Positions 47,942-57,526 of a DNA stretch of 64,000 nt are shown here, in pieces. Position 1 is the stretch's first letter; every line of letters starts with the position of its first letter. A program made the position numbers and the translations under genes. The DNA lies in NCBI GenBank assembly GCA_963822445.1, contig CAWGHO010000002.1, positions 896,001-960,000 of the forward strand. The letters are read 5' to 3'. This DNA is from an uncultured Acidobacteriota bacterium (lineage in GTDB: Bacteria; Acidobacteriota; Thermoanaerobaculia; Gp7-AA8). Below the pieces are notes generated by a model that was given only the letters and a program-made list of their open reading frames with translations, was not told the DNA's origin and searched no databases.

Positions 47942-50900
47942 AGTCATCGCCAGCGCCGAAAAGCTGGTCGCCAAGGGCAAGATCGAACCGGCGATCAAGG
48001 AATACGAGCGGCTCCTCGAAGACAACCCGAACGACGTCAACACCCTCAATCGCATCGGCGACCTCTGGGTCCGCATCAACCGCAACGACGAGGCGGTCAA
48101 GGTCTTCACCAAGATCGCGGACCACTACTCCAAGGACGGGTTCTTCCTCAAAGCGATCGCGATCTACAAGAAGATCAACAAGCTCGATCCGTCGAAGCTC
48201 GAGATCTACGCGAAACTCGCCGACCTGTACGCGAAACAGGGCCTGGCCATGGAGGCCAAGAGCCAGTACCAGGTCCTCGCCGACTACTACCTGAAGCACG
48301 GCGAGCCGGGGAACGCGCTCGCCATCTACCGCAAGATCTCCGAGCTCGACCCGAACGCGATCAACGTCCACGTCAAGCTCGCCGACCTCTACTCGCAGAA
48401 CAATCAGACCGCGGAAGCGCTCAAGGAGTACGACCGCGTCGGACGGATGCTGCTCAAGCGGGGCATGCTCGACGAGGCGGTGCAGGTCTTCCGCAAAGCG
48501 CTGAAGATCGATCCGAAGAACACGGAGTTGGTCGAGTCGCTGGTCACGGCGCTCCTCGACGCGAAGGACTTCACCAACGCGCAGGTGATCGTCGACGCGG
48601 CTGCGGAGACGAATCCGAACAATTCGAAGCTCCTGGCGATGCAGGGCAAAATTCAGCTCGGCCGCGGCGACAGCGCTTCGGCACGAACGACGCTGGAGAA
48701 GGCACTCGCCGCCGATCCGAACGAGCCCTCCGTCCGCGATGCGCTCACCGATCTGTATCTGAAGAAGGGCGACGCCGATCGTGCCCTCGAAATGGTCACG
48801 CCGCTGGTCGAACGAGCCCTCGGACGCGGCGAACGTGGCGCGGCCATCGAGCTGCTGAATCGCATCCTGCGCATCGACACGGGTCACGCGCCGACGCTCG
48901 AGCGCATGGTTGCGGTCTACACGCGACTCAACGAAGAGACGAACGTCCTTTCGTCGATGAACAGCCTGGCCGAGGCTCACATCAGCCGGCAGCGCTACGA
49001 CGAGGCGGGCAAGGTGCTGGAGAAGCTGATCCAGCGCGAACCGCAGAACGCACAGCACCGCAACAAGCTGCAGTTCGTGAAATCACAGAGCGGCGGCATC
49101 GACACGATGCCCGCGGGCGGTGGCCGCAAGTCGGGCCCGCAACCGGCCGCGCCCGTGCTCGACGCTCCTCCGCCGAGCATGCCAACGATGGAGATCGAGG
49201 AGCCGACGCCGTCGTTCGACTTCAGCGACGAGCCGGCGATGTCGCTCGATCTCGACGCGTCGGAGCCGATCGAGCTCGACATGTCGCTCGATGAGCCTCC
49301 CGCGCCCGCGCCCGCGCCCGTTGCGCCTCCGCCGCCCATGCAGCAACTGCGGCCGGCCGTCGAGCTGGCCGGCGTCGATCTTTCGGACTCCGGCGACGAT
49401 CTCGATTTCATTACCGAGCATCTGACCGAGGCGGAGGTCTTCGCCAAGTACGGTCTCGCGGAGAAAGCGGCCGAGCATCTCCGCGCGGTGCTCGAGCGCG
49501 CGCCGAAGAACACGACCGCGCACGATCGTCTGTACCGGATCCTCCTCGAGGAAGGCGAGCTCGAAGGGGCGCGCGCTTCAGCCCAGGTGTACATCGCCGT
49601 GCTCGAGGAAAAGGGCGATACCGAAGCGATCGAAGTGGTGCGCCATGAGTTCGGCCTGCGCGGTCACAGCCTCGAAGCACCGAAAGCCGCTCCCGCACGC
49701 GCATCGGCACCGCAACCTGCCGCGGCGATCACGCTCGACGATTTCGCGGAGGACACGTCCGAGATCACGTTCGACGTCGAGACGCCGGCGGAGATCGAGT
49801 TCGATCTCGAAGCTCCGGAACCGGTGATCGAGACCGCGCCGGAAGTGGTCGAGGAAGCTGTCGAGGAAATCGATTTCACGCCCGCGCCGGAACCGGAGCC
49901 CGAGCCGATCATCGAGCTGGAACCCGAGCCCGAGCCGATTCTCGACTTCGTTCCTGAGCCCGAGCCGGAGCCCGTGCTCGCGCCTGAACCGGAGCCCGAG
50001 CCCATTCTCGATTTCGTCGAAGAGCCCGAGCCCGAGCCCATCGCCACCCAACCCGAGGAACCGTTCTTCGGCGTGGAAAGCCTCGGCCAGGGATTCGATG
50101 CAGGCGAGCCTCCCATCGAAGAGATCGGCGAAGTCGACTTCTACATCGAGCAGGAGCTGTTCGATGAGGCGCGCGGCAAGCTCGACTCGCTGATTGCCCG
50201 TTTCCCCGGCAATCTCGATCTCGAAGGCCGACGCGAGCGCCTCGAAGCCTCGGCGGCGTCAATCGCACGCCCCGCGCTGCTTTCCCGCGACGAGATCGAG
50301 AGCGAGTTGCTTTCTGCGATTCCGGACGAGGACGACGACTTCGCCATCGCCACGCCGCCTCCGCCCGCCGCGGCCGCGGCGCCGGAGCCGATCTCACCGG
50401 CGCTGTCCGCGGCGCTGGTCGAAGAGGAGAACCTCTTCGCCGACGAGGACAACTTCTTCGACCTCGCGGCGGAGCTCGAGTCCGAGCTGGCCGATGAGGA
50501 AGAGTCGATCTCGCTGTCCGAGGAAGAGCAGTCGCTCGAGGAGATCTTCAAGGAGTTCAAGAAGGGCGTCGAACAGCAGCTCGACTCCGAGGATTACGAC
50601 ACCCACTACAACCTCGGCATCGCCTACAAAGAGATGGGCCTCATCGACGAGGCCATCGGCGAGTTCCAGCTCGCGTCGAAGGATCCGAAGCGCGCCGTCG
50701 AGTGCGCGTCGATGCTCGGTCTCTGCTTTCTCGAGAAGGGCATGCCCCAGCTCGCGATCAAGTGGTACCGCAAGGGGCTGGAGATGCCGGAGATCACCGA
50801 GGAGGAGCACATCGGGCTGCTCTACGACCTCGGATCCGCCTACCAGGAAGTCGGCGACACCGACCAGGCGCAGAAGGCGTTCATGGAGGTGTACGGCATG

Positions 50901-50960
50901 AACTCCAACTACCGCGACATCGTCACGCGGATCAAGGCGCTCGAAGACGCGAAGAAATGA
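47922..50960 (+). CDS. Large cytoplasmic TPR protein with acidic Pro/Glu linkers and a C-terminal TPR block (SgmX/FimV-like architecture)
   Basis: About 11 N-terminal TPRs, [12 protein letters not shown] and [10 protein letters not shown] islands, PEPEP repeats, EFKKGV...[17 protein letters not shown]. Confidence 0.8.
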   Translation: MAVQRDKVIASAEKLVAKGKIEPAIKEYERLLEDNPNDVNTLNRIGDLWVRINRNDEAVKVFTKIADHYSKDGFFLKAIAIYKKINKLDPSKLEIYAKLADLYAKQGLAMEAKSQYQVLADYYLKHGEPGNALAIYRKISELDPNAINVHVKLADLYSQNNQTAEALKEYDRVGRMLLKRGMLDEAVQVFRKALKIDPKNTELVESLVTALLDAKDFTNAQVIVDAAAETNPNNSKLLAMQGKIQLGRGDSASARTTLEKALAADPNEPSVRDALTDLYLKKGDADRALEMVTPLVERALGRGERGAAIELLNRILRIDTGHAPTLERMVAVYTRLNEETNVLSSMNSLAEAHISRQRYDEAGKVLEKLIQREPQNAQHRNKLQFVKSQSGGIDTMPAGGGRKSGPQPAAPVLDAPPPSMPTMEIEEPTPSFDFSDEPAMSLDLDASEPIELDMSLDEPPAPAPAPVAPPPPMQQLRPAVELAGVDLSDSGDDLDFITEHLTEAEVFAKYGLAEKAAEHLRAVLERAPKNTTAHDRLYRILLEEGELEGARASAQVYIAVLEEKGDTEAIEVVRHEFGLRGHSLEAPKAAPARASAPQPAAAITLDDFAEDTSEITFDVETPAEIEFDLEAPEPVIETAPEVVEEAVEEIDFTPAPEPEPEPIIELEPEPEPILDFVPEPEPEPVLAPEPEPEPILDFVEEPEPEPIATQPEEPFFGVESLGQGFDAGEPPIEEIGEVDFYIEQELFDEARGKLDSLIARFPGNLDLEGRRERLEASAASIARPALLSRDEIESELLSAIPDEDDDFAIATPPPPAAAAAPEPISPALSAALVEEENLFADEDNFFDLAAELESELADEEESISLSEEEQSLEEIFKEFKKGVEQQLDSEDYDTHYNLGIAYKEMGLIDEAIGEFQLASKDPKRAVECASMLGLCFLEKGMPQLAIKWYRKGLEMPEITEEEHIGLLYDLGSAYQEVGDTDQAQKAFMEVYGMNSNYRDIVTRIKALEDAKK

Positions 50961-50963
50961 CCC

Positions 50964-51491
50964 GTGGCAGGCGAAGTCATCTGGTACGTCACCGGCCGCT
51001 TCTATGCTGATTCCCACGGCAACCTGTACGACGTCGGCTACTTTCTGAACCTGCAGGGCGTCGGCGGCGCACAGTCGGAAGCGGACGCGTATCTGACATT
51101 TGCAGCGGAGCCGTTCTCCGCGCCCACGATCCAGAACGGCAGCCTGACCATCGGCATCGACGCAACGGGCTCGTTCAGCATCTATCTGCTCGACACGCCC
51201 GGCGCGACCTTCGACGACCCAACGACGTTCTCCGCCGGAACCGCCATCGCGACGTTCTCGCGCGTCGCCGTCGTGCCGACCGTGAAGATCGGCATCGGCG
51301 GCAACGCAACCCTGCTGTCGAACGTATTCACGGCGCAACTCACGTCTTCGCAGCCGTTTACGTTGCAGGGCGTGACGTACGACCTCGCGAATGTCGTCGG
51401 AAACGCGATCACTCAGTGGGGCACGGCGGCCAGCAGCAGCGCGGACACCGCGGGTGTCCCCTTCGTCGGTTCAGCCATCCGCGTCGGTTGA
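50964..51491 (+). CDS. Hypothetical beta-rich protein
   Basis: GTG start 3 nt after the TPR stop; genome-typical codon usage; no family recognised. Confidence 0.65.
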   Translation: MAGEVIWYVTGRFYADSHGNLYDVGYFLNLQGVGGAQSEADAYLTFAAEPFSAPTIQNGSLTIGIDATGSFSIYLLDTPGATFDDPTTFSAGTAIATFSRVAVVPTVKIGIGGNATLLSNVFTAQLTSSQPFTLQGVTYDLANVVGNAITQWGTAASSSADTAGVPFVGSAIRVG

Positions 51492-51503
51492 TGGCGTCCT
51501 CCC

Positions 51504-51530
51504 GGAACCTTTTCCCACCCCGCGCGTTAA
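51504..51530 (+). promoter_or_regulatory. ECF-type autoregulatory promoter
   Basis: GGAAC (51504-51508)-N16-CGTTAA (51525-51530), ending 9 nt before the ECF sigma ATG. Confidence 0.7.
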
Positions 51531-51539
51531 TCCCTTCGA

Positions 51540-52163
51540 ATGACGGACGACGCACTGATGCAGCGGGTTCGCGAGGGCGACGACGACGCCTTCGGCGAGA
51601 TCGTCGATCGCTACAAGAACCCGCTGGTCAACTACCTCACGCATCTGGTTCGGTCCCGGGACCGCGCTGAAGAGATCGCGCAGGACGCGTTCGTCCGCCT
51701 GTATCGCAACGCCGCCAACTACAAGGAGCAGGACCGGCTCGCGCCGTATCTCTTCCGCATCGCCACGAACCTCACCGTCACCGAGGTGCGGCGGGCGAAG
51801 CGGTGGACCCTGCTCATGCCACGGCTTCACGCCAGTACGTCGCAGCACACGCCTTCGCCCGACGCAAACCTGATCACCGACGAGATCCAGAAACAGGTCA
51901 ACGCGGCCCTGGAGCGCCTTCCGCTCAAGTTCCGCGCACCGCTGGTGCTTTTCGAGATCGAGGAATGGTCGTACGAGGCGATCGCAACGGCGCTCGACGT
52001 CCGCATCGGGACCGTGAAGTCGCGAATTTCCAGGGCCCGCGATCTCCTGCGCCGGCAGCTCGCACCCTGGTGGAAGGGAGGACACAACCATGAACGACAC
52101 ACAGCTCAGCACTTCGATGCGCAACCTGCCGCGCGTGACAGCGTCGCCCGCGTTCACTTCTGA
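51540..52163 (+). CDS. ECF RNA polymerase sigma factor
   Basis: AEEIAQDAF, LFRIATN, LP...R..L.L...E..SYE.IA..L....GTVKSRISRAR. Confidence 0.95.
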   Translation: MTDDALMQRVREGDDDAFGEIVDRYKNPLVNYLTHLVRSRDRAEEIAQDAFVRLYRNAANYKEQDRLAPYLFRIATNLTVTEVRRAKRWTLLMPRLHASTSQHTPSPDANLITDEIQKQVNAALERLPLKFRAPLVLFEIEEWSYEAIATALDVRIGTVKSRISRARDLLRRQLAPWWKGGHNHERHTAQHFDAQPAARDSVARVHF

Positions 52164-52473
52164 CGTGATGCGCGCGGTGCGCGCGACGGGAGAGCGACGG
52201 CACGTTCCGTTCGTCTGGCGGATGGCCGCCGGTGTGGCGATGGCGGCCTGCCTTCTGGCAGTCGTGCACCTCGCATCACTGCAGTACACACGGAGACAGG
52301 ACCTCGCGCAACTGCGCGTCGAACAACAGAAACTTCAAGCGGAACTGCAGGCCGTGAAGAAGATCGCCGCCGAGCCCGAACCGGTGGTCGTCTTCGAAAA
52401 CAGCCAGGGCGCGCGCGTGATCATGGATCTCGACACGGCCGTGCAGCCCGCGTCTTACCGCACTTTCGATTAG
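52090..52473 (+). CDS. Putative membrane anti-sigma factor
   Basis: LP...ASPAFTSDVM, single TM, coiled coil; GGAGG Shine-Dalgarno; follows the ECF sigma. Confidence 0.7.
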   Translation: MNDTQLSTSMRNLPRVTASPAFTSDVMRAVRATGERRHVPFVWRMAAGVAMAACLLAVVHLASLQYTRRQDLAQLRVEQQKLQAELQAVKKIAAEPEPVVVFENSQGARVIMDLDTAVQPASYRTFD

Positions 52474-52482
52474 CCCGGAGGA

Positions 52483-53124
52483 ATGACTCACATGAAACTC
52501 AAATCGATTCTCACTTTCGTACTCCTGATCCTCGTCGCGACGGCCGCGTTCGCCGAGAAGCCGCAGAAACGGACGCTCATCATTCGCGACGGCAAGGTCA
52601 TCACCGATGAAATCAGCGGCGACGACATCGACATCCGCGGCTTCGAAGAGCTCCTCGGCGGCAAGCGCGCCGTCCTCGGCGTCAGCCTCGTCGACCTCAC
52701 TCCCGAGCTGCGCGCGCACTACGGCGCGGACAAGGACGCGGGCATCCTCGTCGGCAGCGTCGAAGAAGGCGGCCCGGCCGACAAGGCAGGCGTGCGCGTC
52801 GGCGACATCATCCTCAGCGTCGACGGAAAAGAACTGACGTCTTCGTCGCAGGTCCGCCGCGCCCTGAAGGAAAAGAAGGAAGGCGACAGCGTTCGCGTCG
52901 AAGTCCTTCGCGGACGCGCGCGCCAGACGCTGGTCGCCTCGGTGATCGAGCGTGAAGGCCCGCATGGCTTCCGCATCGCCGATCTGGGCGGAAGCATGGA
53001 GCTCTTTCGCGGACCGGAATGGCGCGGCCGCGTGATGGCCCTGCCGAATTGCGTGGAGCTGCAGTCGAAGCTCAAAGACCTCGAGACGAAGATGAAAGAG
53101 TTGGAAAAGAAACTGCAGAAGTAA
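52483..53124 (+). CDS. Exported PDZ-domain protein
   Basis: Signal peptide; LGVSL..LTPELR..YG, PADKAGVRVGDIILSVDG; C-terminal coiled coil. Confidence 0.85.
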   Translation: MTHMKLKSILTFVLLILVATAAFAEKPQKRTLIIRDGKVITDEISGDDIDIRGFEELLGGKRAVLGVSLVDLTPELRAHYGADKDAGILVGSVEEGGPADKAGVRVGDIILSVDGKELTSSSQVRRALKEKKEGDSVRVEVLRGRARQTLVASVIEREGPHGFRIADLGGSMELFRGPEWRGRVMALPNCVELQSKLKDLETKMKELEKKLQK

Positions 53125-53182
53125 ACCCGCGTCACGTTCCGGAGCCGGGAGCACGGCGCCGGAGCTCCTCCTCCTCGATTGC

Positions 53183-53208
53183 AGGGCGGCCGAATCGGCC
53201 GCCCTTTT
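53183..53208 (+). terminator. Intrinsic terminator of the ECF operon
   Basis: AGGGCGGCCG-AAT-CGGCCGCCCT hairpin followed by TTT. Confidence 0.7.
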
Positions 53209-53223
53209 CGTATACTTGTTCAC

Positions 53224-53694
53224 GTGAACCGCACCATCGAATCAGCGCTGCGATTCGTGAATCTCACCGCATCCGGTCTTCTCGCCGGATCGCTCGGCTT
53301 CGGCAAGGCCGCTCTCGTTCCGGGATGGACCGACGAGTTGCCGCGTGAAGACGATGGAGAGATCACGCGCGTGGCCAGTTACTTCAACGCCATCGGCCCG
53401 GTCGCACTGGGCACGGCTGTGACGCTGGCGATTGCCGCGCCGCGCGGCGTACCCGTTCGCCGTCTGCTCGACGCCGCGGCCGCGATCGGCCTCGCCGGCG
53501 TTCTCGGCGCGACGATCATGGTCACGGTCCCGATCAACAAAGAGCTCGAAGCGCAGGCGCCGACCGACTATCCGAGCGATCGCTCGCAGTCACTCGTGAA
53601 GAACTGGTCGCGCGCGCATGCCGTGCGCACGACGCTTGGCATTGGCGCGTTCGTCTGCGCCGTGGCCGCGTCGAACATTCGTCACTCGAAGTGA
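53224..53694 (+). CDS. DUF1772 / anthrone-oxygenase-like membrane protein
   Basis: GLLAG, T...VPIN, W...H..RT; GTG 53224 lies 7 nt after TATACT. Confidence 0.75.
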   Translation: MNRTIESALRFVNLTASGLLAGSLGFGKAALVPGWTDELPREDDGEITRVASYFNAIGPVALGTAVTLAIAAPRGVPVRRLLDAAAAIGLAGVLGATIMVTVPINKELEAQAPTDYPSDRSQSLVKNWSRAHAVRTTLGIGAFVCAVAASNIRHSK

Positions 53695-54590
53695 TCGAAG
53701 CCGCCCGGCAATAGCGGCTTGCCGTCGATTGTGACGGCGCTCTCCGTGATGCGGCCGATCCCATAGACCGGACGTCCGACGGCGCTGCTGAGTTCCGCTT
53801 CGCGCATCGATGAAGTGAAGAGCAGCGCGTACTCCTCGCCGCCGTTCAACACCAGCTCGCGAACATCGAGCTTCAGGCTTCGCGCGTGTGACTGCAGGTC
53901 GGCGAACACGGGGATCCGCTCTTTCTCGATTTCCGCGCCGCAGTTCGATGCGTTGCAGAGATGGTTGAGATCCGTGCTCAGTCCATCCGAGACGTCGATG
54001 CATGCGGTGACTCCCTCGAGCTTCGCCAGGGCCATGCCGAGGGCGACTTCAGGCTCAGGATCGATGTGCCGGCGCACCGCGGACTTGATGAACTCCTTTT
54101 CCGCGTAGCTGCCCCCTTCGACGTTCAGCAATTGCAGTCCGGCGGCAGAACCTCCGATCGGGCGCGACAGGTAAATACGATCGCCTTTCCTCGCGCCGGC
54201 GCGCAGCAGCGGACGGGTGATGACTTTGCCGATGGCGGTCACGCTGATGGTCAGCTTCTCGGCACGCGAAAGATCGCCGCCAATGATTTCGATGTCGTGC
54301 TCCCTCGCGGCTTCCGCGTACGCGACAAGCATCTCCTCGGCATTCACCCATTCCGGGAGAGCCAACGCCACTAGCGCGTATTGCGGCTGCGCGCCCATCG
54401 CCGCGAGATCCGACAGGTTCACGGCGAGGCTCTTGCGGGCGATGAAGCGGATGGGAATGTCGCGCGTGAAGTCCACGTCCTCGACGAGCATGTCCGTGGT
54501 CAGCACCTGCTCACCGACGACCGCGGCGTCATCGCCGATGCGATCGGAGAACAGCTGCTTCGCCCGCGCGACGAGGTCGCGCTCGTTCAT
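53682..54590 (-). CDS. thiL: Thiamine-monophosphate kinase
   Basis: IGDDAA, TTDMLVE, AVNLSDLAAMGA, IGGD, IDVSDGL, GGEEY.L. Start ATG 54590 (ATGA overlap with truA). Confidence 0.95.
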   Translation of the reverse strand: MNERDLVARAKQLFSDRIGDDAAVVGEQVLTTDMLVEDVDFTRDIPIRFIARKSLAVNLSDLAAMGAQPQYALVALALPEWVNAEEMLVAYAEAAREHDIEIIGGDLSRAEKLTISVTAIGKVITRPLLRAGARKGDRIYLSRPIGGSAAGLQLLNVEGGSYAEKEFIKSAVRRHIDPEPEVALGMALAKLEGVTACIDVSDGLSTDLNHLCNASNCGAEIEKERIPVFADLQSHARSLKLDVRELVLNGGEEYALLFTSSMREAELSSAVGRPVYGIGRITESAVTIDGKPLLPGGFDHFE

Positions 54591-55381
54591 CGCGTTCTCC
54601 GCGGCGTCCAGGTTTCCACGGGCACGATCGGGGCGAGCGGACGGTCGAACGTTTCCCCTTCGTACACGATCGCTTCGAGAAAAAGGCCCGACGGCGGCGC
54701 GGTTGGCTGCCAGGGCTCGCCCTTCGCGTTCAACCGCTTGGCGATGTCGCTCTCGTTGCCGCGACCAACTTCGACGAGGTAGGACGTCACCTTGCGCACC
54801 ATCTTCCAGAGAAAGTGCGAAGCAGCGATGCGCAGCAGAATCAGTTCGCCGGCGCGTGCGAGCTCGCAGCGCTCGACGACCACGATCCGCGATTCGTCTT
54901 CCTTGAGCCGTTTGTCCGTGAACGCGCTGAAGTCGTGGCGGCCGGCGATCGACTTCGCCTCTTTCTCCATCGCCTCGAAGTCCAGCCGGTCCTTGATCCA
55001 CCAGACGAACGGCTTGGCGAACGCCGTCCGGCGCGTCGAGATCTGGTAGAGATAAATGCGCGAGGTCGCATCGTGCCGCGCGTGAAAGTTGTCGCGTGCG
55101 CGAACGGCGTCGGTGATGTGGATGTCGTGCGGGAGAAGGTCGTTGATCTTGCGAGCGATGACGCGCGGATCGTCGGTCTTGCGAGCCCGCAGATGCGCGA
55201 CCTGCGCGGATGCGTGAACGCCCGCGTCGGTGCGTCCCGCGCCGCCGAGATCGACCTCGCCGAGGACGTCGCGCGCCGCACGGAGGAGGTGGCCCTGCAC
55301 CGTCTTCTGCGTGTTACCCTGCGCCTGCCAACCGGAGTAGCGAGTTCCTTCGTACTCGATCGTCAGCTTGTAAGTCGGCAT
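54587..55381 (-). CDS. truA: tRNA pseudouridine(38-40) synthase
   Basis: YEGT.YSGWQ, AGRTDAGVHA, FHAR, G.HDF, FL.KMVR, TAPPSGL.L. Confidence 0.95.
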   Translation of the reverse strand: MPTYKLTIEYEGTRYSGWQAQGNTQKTVQGHLLRAARDVLGEVDLGGAGRTDAGVHASAQVAHLRARKTDDPRVIARKINDLLPHDIHITDAVRARDNFHARHDATSRIYLYQISTRRTAFAKPFVWWIKDRLDFEAMEKEAKSIAGRHDFSAFTDKRLKEDESRIVVVERCELARAGELILLRIAASHFLWKMVRKVTSYLVEVGRGNESDIAKRLNAKGEPWQPTAPPSGLFLEAIVYEGETFDRPLAPIVPVETWTPRRTR

Positions 55382-55391
55382 TGTTTAGTCT

Positions 55392-55491
55392 ATGCCGCGC
55401 AAAGACGCGGCATCTCCCGTGCCGCCGGCATCAGAAGGTGCGCACTTCGCGATGGTTGCGCGAAGAGATCCCGCGTCTACGCGCGGGATGA
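55392..55491. repeat. REP-like doublet, family D (degenerate)
   Basis: ATGCCGCGCAAAGACGCGGCATCTC (55392-55416) is an imperfect reverse complement of GAGATCCCGCGTCTACGCGCGGGATGA (55465-55491); each arm is a hairpin. Confidence 0.7.
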
Positions 55492-55508
55492 ACTGAAAGG
55501 AAGTCGGC

Positions 55509-55820
55509 ATGCGCCCGCGTTCGTACCAGACAGTCGGTGAGTTCTTCGTCGTCGTGTGGGACGACGGCCACGAATCATACTATCCGCTCGAAGACCTCCG
55601 CCGCGCCTGCCCCTGCGCCGTCTGCAGCGGCGAGCCCGACCTCTTCGGCCGCATGGCCGGCGGCCTCCCCCAGCACTACAGCCCCCGCTCGTTCACTCTC
55701 GTATCCGTAGAGCAGGTCGGCAACTACGCCCTCCAACCAAACTGGGCGGACGGGCATACCTACGGGATCTGGACCTACGAACGACTGCGCGCGTTCTGCG
55801 CGGATTGCGCGGTCAAGTAA
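55509..55820 (+). CDS. DUF971 (GBBH N-terminal-like) Zn-finger protein
   Basis: W.DGH.S.Y....LR..CPCA.C, VGNYA....W.DGH..GI. Confidence 0.92.
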   Translation: MRPRSYQTVGEFFVVVWDDGHESYYPLEDLRRACPCAVCSGEPDLFGRMAGGLPQHYSPRSFTLVSVEQVGNYALQPNWADGHTYGIWTYERLRAFCADCAVK

Positions 55821-55839
55821 CACCGAGGTAGCCTCGGAT

Positions 55840-56346
55840 GTGGTCTGGAACGTTCACTGGGACCCGGCGAAGGCTGAAGCGAACTGGCGCAAACACGGCA
55901 TTCGATTCGAAGAAGCAGAAGCCGTGCTTCGCGATCCGCTGAGCGTCACGTTCGACGACCCAGTTCACTCGGATGACGAAGATCGATACCTGGCCGTCGG
56001 CGAGATGCCGTACGGCCGTCTCATCATCATCTCTTACACGATCCGTGACGATGAAGCGTGGTTGATCAGTGCACGCAGAGCGTCACGGGCAGAAAGGAAA
56101 CGCTATATGAAAGGAGATCGAATTCGCGACCGCGAAGACAGCGACGAAGGCATCAATTTCGAAGACATCCCGGAGATCTTCGACTTCTCCAACGGCATCC
56201 GGGGCCGCCACTACATTCCGATGTCGATCACGCGCGTGAGCATTGCCGACGACGTGGCGCGGTACTACAACGACGATGAATCCGTGAACACGGCCCTGCG
56301 CATGCTCATCGACGAAGGCCGCGCACCGAAGCCGCGGAACGAATGA
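55840..56346 (+). CDS. BrnT-family toxin fused in-frame to a BrnA-like antitoxin domain
   Basis: WDPAKAEAN.RKHGI.FEEA...E.RY...G...ISARRA...ER..Y followed with no stop by FDFSNGIRGRHY...I.DDVA..Y....SVN.ALR. Confidence 0.8.
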   Translation: MVWNVHWDPAKAEANWRKHGIRFEEAEAVLRDPLSVTFDDPVHSDDEDRYLAVGEMPYGRLIIISYTIRDDEAWLISARRASRAERKRYMKGDRIRDREDSDEGINFEDIPEIFDFSNGIRGRHYIPMSITRVSIADDVARYYNDDESVNTALRMLIDEGRAPKPRNE

Positions 56347-56575
56347 GACGCCAGTACGACTTCTGATTTTCGAGCGCGCGCCCACCATCGCCATCGGTCT
56401 GATTGAAGAAGCCACACGCGATTTCTTCGCTGCAATTCTCGAGATCAGTTGCGACGACTGTCTCGTCACCGACGAGTCAGAGTTGGGCATTTCATCACCG
56501 ACGAGACGCCTCGTGATCTTGCGGATTCTGCGGCGCATAGCGGAATATCAGCGCGTAGCGCGTGCGATCAACTGA
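56343..56575 (+). pseudogene. Degenerate coding remnant
   Basis: ATGA-coupled mini-ORF MRRQYDF*, plus an overlapping start-less open frame (FERAPTIAIGLIEEATRDFFAAILEISCDDCLVTDESEL...) ending at TGA near 56575. Confidence 0.35.
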
Positions 56576-57526
56576 TCACGCCACGATCACCGTCCCATCC
56601 TTCCCTTCCAGCGCCTCGCGCAACACGTCGACGTCCGTGATCAACACCTGCCGCTTCGTGGCGCGGACGAACTGGAGCGCCGACTCGATCTTCGGGCCCA
56701 TCGACCCGGCGGGGAACTGGCCGTCGGCGAGGTGTTTTTCGGCTTCGGCGACGGTGATCCGTTCGAGGAACTTCTCAGTCGGCTTGCCGAAGTCGATCGC
56801 GACTTTGGGGACTCCCGTGAGGATGATGAACACGTCGGCCTTCAGTTCCGTCGCGACAAGCGCCGAAGCGAAGTCTTTGTCGATGACGGCTTCGATTCCG
56901 CGCCACTGACCGTCGCGGCCTTTCACGACCGGGATACCGCCACCGCCCGCGGCAACGACGACCGAAGCGCTGTCGAGCATCCGCTCGACAGTCTTGATGT
57001 TCAGGATGCGCAGCGGACGCGGCGACGGAACGACGTGTCGCCAGCCGCGGCCCGCGTCTTCGCGCATGGTCCATCCGAGGTCGCGCTCGAGCGCTTCCGC
57101 GCGATAGCGGGTGAAGAACGGTCCGATCGGTTTGGTCGGACGCTTGAACGCGACGTCGTTCACGTCGACCTCCACCTCCGTCAGGATCGTCGCCACTTCG
57201 CCGCCGAGGCCGATCGATTCGAGACGATTGCGAATGGCCTGCTGCAGCATGAAACCGATCGAGCCCTCCGTCTGCGCGACGCAGACGTCCAGCGATTGCG
57301 GCGGAATCTTCGTCGACGCCTCTTCGGCCTGCACGAGGATGTTGCCGACCTGCGGCCCGTTTCCGTGCACGACGATGAGCCTGTAGCCGTGCCGCACGAT
57401 CTCGGCGAGCCAGCGCGCGGCCTGCTTCGCCCGCGCGATCTGCTCCTCCTGTGTCCCGCGATCCTCGGGGCGAAGAAGGGCGTTCCCGCCGAATGCAACG
57501 ACAGCCAGCTTGTCGCGATCCGGCAA
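56576..57526 (-). CDS. arcC: Carbamate kinase
   Basis: VAFGGNAL, HGNGPQVG, PTKPIGPF, VPSP.P, GGGGIPV, EAVIDKD, GSMGPK. Confidence 0.96.
   Translation of the reverse strand: MPDRDKLAVVAFGGNALLRPEDRGTQEEQIARAKQAARWLAEIVRHGYRLIVVHGNGPQVGNILVQAEEASTKIPPQSLDVCVAQTEGSIGFMLQQAIRNRLESIGLGGEVATILTEVEVDVNDVAFKRPTKPIGPFFTRYRAEALERDLGWTMREDAGRGWRHVVPSPRPLRILNIKTVERMLDSASVVVAAGGGGIPVVKGRDGQWRGIEAVIDKDFASALVATELKADVFIILTGVPKVAIDFGKPTEKFLERITVAEAEKHLADGQFPAGSMGPKIESALQFVRATKRQVLITDVDVLREALEGKDGTVIVA

Noticed and set aside
49880-50040. GAGCCC/GAACCG hexamer repeats as an independent repeat element
   Set aside because: Explained by the Pro-Glu linker coding of the TPR protein.
54591-55001. Extended N-terminus for thiL suggesting a fusion protein
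   Set aside because: It overlaps truA in another frame; the ATGA-coupled start at 54590 gives a normal ThiL.
55821-56575. Prophage, IS or integron cassette around the BrnT fusion
   Set aside because: No integrase, transposase, attC-like site or terminal repeats seen; only a small accessory patch.
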